Shown piece after piece: positions 37,170 to 43,723 of a DNA stretch of 43,723 nt (positions are counted from its first letter, which is position 1; each line of letters begins with the position of its first letter). Origin of the DNA: Candidatus Hydrogenedentota bacterium. Lineage in GTDB: Bacteria; Hydrogenedentota; Hydrogenedentia; Hydrogenedentales; SLHB01. The DNA lies in NCBI GenBank assembly GCA_029974275.1, contig JARKSN010000335.1:1-43723 (forward strand), in the 5' to 3' direction. The position numbers were made by a program, and so were the translations under genes. Below the pieces are notes generated by a model. That model was not told the origin of the DNA and ran no database searches. It saw only the letters and a program-made list of their open reading frames with translations.

Positions 37170-39693
37170 CCGCCTCGTCGTGTGTTCCGTGTTCTCGTGC
37201 ACACTGCTCCCATTGCTTGCCCAATTCCGGGATGTGCGTGAACTCGCGAGTCTTTATCAGGGCGCACAAAAGAGACTCGTACACGGAGACGGGACAATGC
37301 GCGGATCGGTATGCTTGCCAATACAAAGGCAAGGCCTGCAATGCGTCGTCCTGTTTCCATAACAACATGTCCGCAAGGCGCACCAGCGCCTCTGTGCGTG
37401 CGGCCATCGTGGTAAACGGCTGATGCAGCGCCAGCCGGTACGCTCGTTGCGCGTTTGCATAGCGGGCCATTTCCTCGAATCGCATGGCGCGCGAGGCCAG
37501 CGAGTCGCCCTCGCCAACGTCCCCGTTCGCGCTCCAAACGATCGGGCTCGCCGGTTCCGGAGCATCGGGCTCCGCCGTGCGGAACAAAACGGACGACCCG
37601 ATCAAGACCGCTGCAACCCCGCCTGCCAAACCCAGAAAGATCCTTCGGTCGCGCGGCGCGATGGCGCGGGCGTACGCCATCCAGTCGGCGCATAGGCGCT
37701 TCGTCGAAAAATCATTTGCGTCTTGCGAGGCGGCCCCGTTGTTTTCCGGATCGGTAAGCCCGATCGCCGCGCCCGCGAGCATCCACCAAAGCATCATGGC
37801 GGTATACACCTGAAACGTTCCGTCCACCAAGGCGATGGTCATCCATGCGCATCCGCTTGCCGCGGACCCCAGCGCCAGGTAACGCGCCAACGGAACAGCT
37901 CCGCCCCGGCGCCACAATTGGCCTATCAGGCCGAACATGAGCGCCGTCCATAACGCAAGACCCGGAATTCCGGTTTCAAACAAAAACTTGCGATAGTCGC
38001 AATGGGCGGCCAGCAGCACGCCCGGGGCATAGGGCGATCCCGCCGTGAATTGTTCGACCGAGCCCAAGCCGTGACCGCGAATAGGATGCTCCACAATCGC
38101 CGCGTCGATGGCGCGCCAAAGTTCCTTGCGCGATTCAAGGGAGCTTTGCTCTTTTGGGTTGGGATGCAACAGGGCCGCTGTGCGTTGTTGAAACACGCCG
38201 CTCGCAAACCCAACCGCCGTGAACAGCGCCAGAAAAAGAGCCAACAGCAGAAAACGCTTGAGCCCAGCGCACAAGACCGCGACTTCGATTACAAAGGCGA
38301 CCATCGCCGAGCGGGTGGCGGTGGCGATGAGGGCCACGGGCATCAGCGCGGCGAGGCCCAGAAAGCCTGTACGGGCCGCCCATCGCTTCGAAAACAGGGC
38401 GCATCCTATCGCTATGGGGAACAGCACCAACAACATATCCCCATACGCCTGCGGATAGTCCTTGAATCCATCGAGGCGGCGCCAATTCATCGCGTTGCCG
38501 GAAAAAGACTTTACCATTTCCGCAAAACCGGCCTTGTTCACCACCCATAGGAATTGGGCGCCGCCGATGAGGAGCGTGCCCACGGCGATGAGGAGAGACA
38601 CCCAGATCAAGGCCCGCGCAAAACGCTGGGAACGAGCGGCGCACGCCATTCCGAAGACAACCACATAGGACGCGTAATTGATCCATTGTCGAAAACCGAA
38701 AAAGGGGTTCGTGGACCAAAGCAATGACAGGCCGCAGACCAGCAGGAATGCCGCGGCGATCCATGCCACAGGCTTGCGCGCCACGGCGGGATGGCGGAGC
38801 GATAAGACCGTCAGGCCTCCCGCCAAGGCCGCGAAATTGACGGCGCCGTCCACGCCGATGTTCACGCCGGCAAGATCAAAATCGGGCAGGTAGCCCCCGA
38901 ACTCGCCCACAAGCGGCAACGCCAAGAGCATAAAAAACGGCGCGCGCGCCATGAGCGCGAAAACGGTCAGCCCAAGAACCAGCAGCGCCGCGATCTGCAC
39001 CTTGTCGCGCCACGGCTCCACGGCGCCGGCATGCGCTTGCGCCGCGATGCGTTCGGTCTCGCGTTTGTCGAGGTCAACGAGGATTTCCGCGTCCGCATCG
39101 CCGGAGGCCGTCTCTCGAACAACGAAATCGTCGAGAGCGCATACGAAAGGCTCTCCTTTCTCCGCTTCCTCCGTCAGGACGCTGAAAAACAAGTCTTCGC
39201 TCGTGGCCGTGAATCGACAGGACAGACGCTGCCATTCGCCTGTCACGATGGAGACGCGCTCTTCGTCGAAGCCGCCGTCTTGTCCCGATACGACGGCGAT
39301 CATTCGCGCGCCCTGATATCGCGCGATGCCTTTGACGGAAACGGAAGCTACGTAAGAGGCTCCTTGGGTGCACCATAGCGGAACCCCTGCCGCCTCGACC
39401 ATGCCCGGCGAAGCGAAATCCCACATCCATCGGGAGCGCTTGTCCGTTCTGGCCACGCGGACCGACAGGCCGAAATGGCCCGTCCGCACAAACGCCGCAT
39501 CGGACGTGCGGCGCATCTCGCCGCCGTACCAGCCGCCTGTCCCCTCTTCGAATGAAGGATCGGCAATTAGGTTGATCGGAGGTCCAGGGGAATCGATTGG
39601 CTCGGCTTCGGCGTTTTGGAAAAGGACTAACGCTCCTCCGAGGAGCAATGCAATGGCGAAGGCGACCCGACAGCGATTCACGGAATGCCCCAT
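37120..39693 (-). CDS. Fusion protein: signal peptide, CBM4/9-like domain, O-antigen ligase/Wzy-like membrane domain, TPR-like tail
   Basis: NLIADPSFEEG...LDDFVV module; TATRSA, SLESRKELW, PIRGHGLG, AHCDY...ETGIPGL ligase motifs; C-terminal RYANAQRAYRLAL and QALPLYWQAY repeats. Confidence 0.82.
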   Translation of the reverse strand: MGHSVNRCRVAFAIALLLGGALVLFQNAEAEPIDSPGPPINLIADPSFEEGTGGWYGGEMRRTSDAAFVRTGHFGLSVRVARTDKRSRWMWDFASPGMVEAAGVPLWCTQGASYVASVSVKGIARYQGARMIAVVSGQDGGFDEERVSIVTGEWQRLSCRFTATSEDLFFSVLTEEAEKGEPFVCALDDFVVRETASGDADAEILVDLDKRETERIAAQAHAGAVEPWRDKVQIAALLVLGLTVFALMARAPFFMLLALPLVGEFGGYLPDFDLAGVNIGVDGAVNFAALAGGLTVLSLRHPAVARKPVAWIAAAFLLVCGLSLLWSTNPFFGFRQWINYASYVVVFGMACAARSQRFARALIWVSLLIAVGTLLIGGAQFLWVVNKAGFAEMVKSFSGNAMNWRRLDGFKDYPQAYGDMLLVLFPIAIGCALFSKRWAARTGFLGLAALMPVALIATATRSAMVAFVIEVAVLCAGLKRFLLLALFLALFTAVGFASGVFQQRTAALLHPNPKEQSSLESRKELWRAIDAAIVEHPIRGHGLGSVEQFTAGSPYAPGVLLAAHCDYRKFLFETGIPGLALWTALMFGLIGQLWRRGGAVPLARYLALGSAASGCAWMTIALVDGTFQVYTAMMLWWMLAGAAIGLTDPENNGAASQDANDFSTKRLCADWMAYARAIAPRDRRIFLGLAGGVAAVLIGSSVLFRTAEPDAPEPASPIVWSANGDVGEGDSLASRAMRFEEMARYANAQRAYRLALHQPFTTMAARTEALVRLADMLLWKQDDALQALPLYWQAYRSAHCPVSVYESLLCALIKTREFTHIPELGKQWEQCAREHGTHDEAVKAVRGLSCADCHRAK

Positions 39694-39852
39694 TCGTTAG
39701 CGATTCGGCCGGAAATTTTCACGTCACGATTTCCCCAATCGTAGCCGAAGCCCCCCCATCGGTCAACCTCCCTGCAGGGTCGTGCCATGCAAGACGCACC
39801 CAGGAGTAGGCTGTCAAAATCGCGAGAAACAAGATGAGAAGGCCTACGCGAA

Positions 39853-42450
39853 TCACGTTTTGTTGCGTGCTGGTCCCAGTCGATAACACTGATAACGGTC
39901 GAACCAAGCGGTTCCTTCTCGTGTCGATCCTTTGGCAGCGTTGATTATCCTCACAAACACGGCCATTTGCGTGGTGTCGGCGGGGAGTTCCACAATTGCC
40001 TGGAGAGGGGTCCAGCCTGTTGTGCCGGTCACGACCCTTTCGCTTGCCCCAATGTACTTGGGGCCTCTCGCGTCACCGCATTGAATTTCGAGACGGGCTC
40101 GTCCGCCCACGTTCTCCGTCCGTATCCATCCCTTAACGAGATAGACGCTGTTGGGGGTGGTTGTTATGACTTGCGGGATGCCGAGGTTGGTAGCGTCCGT
40201 CAGTTTCACGCAAAGTGAAGCGTTGCCGTCAATTACCGTCGACTCTGCGTCAACGGCGGCAGACATGCCCGGCGCTCCATTCCAGAAAGAGGGCCAGCCG
40301 CCGGGCACTGTCTCAAAGGATCCATTTTGCAGCAGGTTGCCATTCTTTATTGTGTATGACGCAGCGTCGGAATCAAGGTCGTATCCTTTTGCGACGAGAT
40401 CATCGATCCAGTCAAGTGGCTCGAGAAGGCGCTCTTCCATTTCCAGGGCCTCGACCCACAGTGTTCCTGGGCCATCATCGGATTCGTCGGGAAAGTGTCG
40501 TAGCGCCACGTCCACGGAGTCAACATCTTCCGGGACTGAAAATTGGAGGGCCAGCGTGGCTTCATTGGCGGTTCCCGTAACCCAGGATTCCTGTTGAATT
40601 CCATTGCGGCAAAAATAGGTATACCCTCGCAGTGCGTCCCGAACCTCAAGACACACGCGTCCACGTATTTGATGCGTTTGCGCGGCTGCTTTTAGCGTGT
40701 AGATCCTTTCCGGTTTTACGGGGAGAGTTTGCGTGATGATGCTGCAGTTCATCTTGCCTCTTACATCTGCTTTGAGGCGTCTTCTTGGAATATTTTCTTT
40801 GTGCGGCTCAAGCGAAAGCGGGGGAGCGCCTTCGGGGATGTTCCAATGAATGGGGTTTCCGTTCGCATCTAGCTGCTCGAAACGTCCATTGCGAATCGCT
40901 ACATCCGGGCGGCGATCGCCGGCAATCAGGCTGTACGGCTCTTTCAGGGGCGGCTCGGCATACACCGCGTGGAGGCCGTAATAGGAAGCATACGCCCCAT
41001 TGGTGGCGCTGTTTGGCCACGGGGTAATATCAAGGCCCATATAACAACGGGGGGCATCTGGCCCTTTAGGGAATACAATATCGCTTACGCCCAAGCGACC
41101 CGCGCGTTCGGCCATGAGATTCCGGGCTTTTGCGAGAGTGCTCCAAGGGTAGAGATCTTTCAAAATGCATACCGGCGCGTTGCGGGAAAATTCGGATGTG
41201 ACGGTCGCCACAGCAAAGGCAATGCCGGCAATGCCGCAAATGATTTGCGTCGTGCGGCGCAGTTTTGGGGCGTTAGCCGTGTCTACGTGCGAGACAAGAC
41301 TCCAGAGAGACCAGATGCCCGTCATCAGGATGACAAGGAAAGACGCCTCCAGAACGCGATGGAACGGGCGTTTTCCCATCGCCCAACAACCGAAGGCCAG
41401 CCATACTACAAAACAGGCTACGCCGACTGTTAGAACGCCTCCGGCGGTTTGGATGCCATAGCGGCGAACGGTTTTGTCTGTTGATGAAGACCGCGCCAGA
41501 AGCGCCCATGTCGCGAGGAGAATGATGCATGAGATGACGCGTGGATCAAGGATCCACGAACGCACGTCCGTATGAAGGATCTCCATGAATGCGCGCAGGG
41601 CTGCCCCGTGATCTCCGTGGGCGGAGAATTCTTGCGCACGGCTCCAGTTGCCTGGCGCCACGACCACAGAGGCGAATCCTAAGAGGGCAGTTCCAAGAAT
41701 GACAGCGAGAAGCCAGCGTTCTGGCCGTTTTCGCGCAAATGCCACTCCACACATGACCGTGGCTGCTGCACAAATAAGCATCCCGACCAATTCATGTAAG
41801 CCTACGGCGTATACCGTCAACGCTACGGATCCTGCGACGCGTAATCCTCGTAAAGGCCGAACCCTTGTGGCGCGAAGGGCGGATAATCCTATCGCAATGA
41901 GAAATAGCGCGCACGCCATGGACAGTTGGTAAGTCACTGCTCCTGTCCACCAGAGGACGGACTCCATGGTTCGCCAACCGGTTATCGAATACCACAGAGA
42001 CAAAACAAGCAGAGAGAAAAAGAGCGCAACCTTGCGGGGAAGACGAGGATCCAAGGCGCGGAAGAACACATGAAGAGAAGCCGTGCTGATGATCGAAATG
42101 ATGATCAAGAGATAGGGATAGATGCGCGCCACATCGAACCACAAAAAAGGGATGCCAAGCGTGAGAACATGAGTCCAACGGCCGGTTAAGTGCAGATAGA
42201 AATAGGCGAGGAGATTCCAGAGGCCGGACTGTTGCGCTCGGCCCGAGGTCACGTAGTCGTCGTACATCGGAATTGCGAATAGTTGCAGAACGCCTGTCAT
42301 TTGCAAGACCACGAGAGAAGCAAACACTGCTGCGATCGATCCGGAAGACGCGAATGTAGAACAAAGCGCATCTGCTTGGTTAGCGCGGCAATGGGTAGGG
42401 GATTGCGTCGCCAGCATGGTGTTTCGGAAATCTTGCTCGATTTCAGCCAT
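39853..42450 (-). CDS. Polytopic membrane protein (DUF6056/GT-C-like) fused to two CBM4/9-like domains
   Basis: PMYDDY, YLHLTGRW, WWTGAVTY, GLHE and APGNWSR motifs in a multi-TM region; two C-terminal modules (IRNGRFE, NLLQNGSFE...AWFD). GGAGGAG RBS before the ATG at 42450. More AT-rich than neighbours. Confidence 0.72.
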   Translation of the reverse strand: MAEIEQDFRNTMLATQSPTHCRANQADALCSTFASSGSIAAVFASLVVLQMTGVLQLFAIPMYDDYVTSGRAQQSGLWNLLAYFYLHLTGRWTHVLTLGIPFLWFDVARIYPYLLIIISIISTASLHVFFRALDPRLPRKVALFFSLLVLSLWYSITGWRTMESVLWWTGAVTYQLSMACALFLIAIGLSALRATRVRPLRGLRVAGSVALTVYAVGLHELVGMLICAAATVMCGVAFARKRPERWLLAVILGTALLGFASVVVAPGNWSRAQEFSAHGDHGAALRAFMEILHTDVRSWILDPRVISCIILLATWALLARSSSTDKTVRRYGIQTAGGVLTVGVACFVVWLAFGCWAMGKRPFHRVLEASFLVILMTGIWSLWSLVSHVDTANAPKLRRTTQIICGIAGIAFAVATVTSEFSRNAPVCILKDLYPWSTLAKARNLMAERAGRLGVSDIVFPKGPDAPRCYMGLDITPWPNSATNGAYASYYGLHAVYAEPPLKEPYSLIAGDRRPDVAIRNGRFEQLDANGNPIHWNIPEGAPPLSLEPHKENIPRRRLKADVRGKMNCSIITQTLPVKPERIYTLKAAAQTHQIRGRVCLEVRDALRGYTYFCRNGIQQESWVTGTANEATLALQFSVPEDVDSVDVALRHFPDESDDGPGTLWVEALEMEERLLEPLDWIDDLVAKGYDLDSDAASYTIKNGNLLQNGSFETVPGGWPSFWNGAPGMSAAVDAESTVIDGNASLCVKLTDATNLGIPQVITTTPNSVYLVKGWIRTENVGGRARLEIQCGDARGPKYIGASERVVTGTTGWTPLQAIVELPADTTQMAVFVRIINAAKGSTREGTAWFDRYQCYRLGPARNKT

Positions 42451-42564
42451 AGCTCCTCCGGGGGTTGCGCACGTCATCACGATACAGGTTATTGCGCAAA
42501 TCTTCTATCTTCTTCCTAGCAGGGGTTCGAGGCGATGCATCTTCGAAGGCTCCTGGGCGTCGCG

Positions 42565-43521
42565 TCATGAAGCTTCATCGGGGCCGGCCAATTCGACGTC
42601 TCGAAGCTGGTTGCGACGGGCAATGCGGGCGTTGCGTCGCAGGCCGTCGCATTTGGCGCGCATAAGCGGAGAGCCTCGAAAGCGATTGAAAAACGTATGC
42701 TCATCCAGCGAGGCCAGTTCGGCAAGGTCTGGATTCGCGCGGCCTGGACGCGGAAAAAAATCCGGCTCGGTCGTCGGCGCGACGTCGCGATTCCACGGGC
42801 ATGCGTCCTGACAGACATCGCATCCGAACACCCAGTCCCCCATGCGGCGGGCGATATCGTCCGGGATGTCTCCGCGACGCTCGATCGTTCCGTACGCAAT
42901 GCAACGCGCCGCGTCCACGACGCCCGGCGCGATGATTGCTCCCGTGGGGCAGGCGTCGAGGCAGGCCCGGCACGCGCCGCATTGATCGGGCATCGGCGCA
43001 TCGGGCTCGAGCGCGACCGTCGTGGCCACGACGCCCAGGAACATCCACGATCCCAGCCCCGGACGCAACACGAGACTGTTTTTGCCCAGCCATCCAATGC
43101 CGGCGCGCGCGGCCCATGCTTTCTCCAAGACGGGCCCGGCGTCGATGCTGATGTAGCAGGCGGCGTCGGGTTTCAGAGAACGGATGGCGTCGGCCAATCG
43201 CTTGACGGGTTTCAGAAGCGCGCGGTGGTAATCGCGCCCCCAGGCATACCGCGATACGCGCCCGCTGTCCGCCGGTCGCGGAGGGCGCGGCGCGAAATAG
43301 TTGCGCGCAACGACGACGACCGAACGCGCTCCCGGCAATGTGCGCGTGATGTCCTGGCGCGCATCTTTCGTCGCGGCCATCCACGTCATGTCCGCATGAT
43401 ACCCGCGCGCCAACCATGCGCCGAGACCATCATCCGGATCGATCGGCGCGACCGCCGCAACGCCGCACGCATCAAACCCCAATGTTCGCGCGCGATCTTT
43501 GACGATGTCGGAGCAAGTCAT
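42565..43521 (-). CDS. queG: tRNA epoxyqueuosine(34) reductase QueG
   Basis: GYHADMTWM, VSRYAWGRDYH, GIGWLGKNS, CGACRACLDACPTGA, FGCDVCQDACPWN. Confidence 0.96.
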   Translation of the reverse strand: MTCSDIVKDRARTLGFDACGVAAVAPIDPDDGLGAWLARGYHADMTWMAATKDARQDITRTLPGARSVVVVARNYFAPRPPRPADSGRVSRYAWGRDYHRALLKPVKRLADAIRSLKPDAACYISIDAGPVLEKAWAARAGIGWLGKNSLVLRPGLGSWMFLGVVATTVALEPDAPMPDQCGACRACLDACPTGAIIAPGVVDAARCIAYGTIERRGDIPDDIARRMGDWVFGCDVCQDACPWNRDVAPTTEPDFFPRPGRANPDLAELASLDEHTFFNRFRGSPLMRAKCDGLRRNARIARRNQLRDVELAGPDEAS

Positions 43522-43673
43522 CGTTACGTCCTTGGAGAGAACCGGGGGAACCCTTCGTGGGAAAGGGGTTCGGGGAAAACCTCAGGGCCATTGCATTACA
43601 ATTCTGAGTCATTAGGACTTTTTGGCTCCATATACGTCACGATTTTACCGTTTGGCGCACGATTTTCGTTTTT

Positions 43674-43699
43674 GTAGCGCCCGGTCTCCGTGCCGGGCG
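43674..43699 (+). repeat. GTAG-type REP
   Basis: GTAGCGCCCGGTCTCCGTGCCGGGCG, the exact reverse complement of 22520-22545. Confidence 0.8.
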
Positions 43700-43723
43700 G
43701 GTCTGGGCGCAACGATCCGGGGC

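Overview
GC-rich bacterial chromosomal window; the taxon cannot be fixed from sequence alone. From left to right it holds: (1) a 5'-truncated K+-independent H+-pyrophosphatase gene (hppA) with its terminator; (2) a more AT-rich two-gene Panacea-antitoxin / MazF-PemK-like cassette bracketed by a 13-bp direct repeat that ends inside the -35 boxes of two promoters; (3) genes for a CoA-binding protein and an SDR; (4) a complete minus-strand complex I operon, nuoA-B-CD-E-F-G-H-I-J-K-L-M-N, of the E. coli-like type (fused CD, long G), with a non-coding family of 8-10-nt-periodic inverted repeats in three gene junctions; (5) nrdR, with tandem NrdR boxes over its own promoter but no ribonucleotide reductase gene behind it, and rsmD; (6) a ~920-bp divergent intergenic region with DnaA-box-like motifs, GTAG-type REPs and a fourth copy of the periodic repeat; (7) rpsA, then mutL and miaA separated by gene debris, then a SIMPL gene; (8) a ~13-kb surface-glycan locus with two O-antigen-ligase/Wzy-like genes, a WecA-like transferase, a sulfotransferase, a histidine phosphatase, an ILEI-like protein and three proteins carrying five CBM4/9-like modules; (9) queG. 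No rRNA, tRNA, CRISPR array, transposase or integrase was recognised. Family assignments come from motif recognition by eye; no searches were run.
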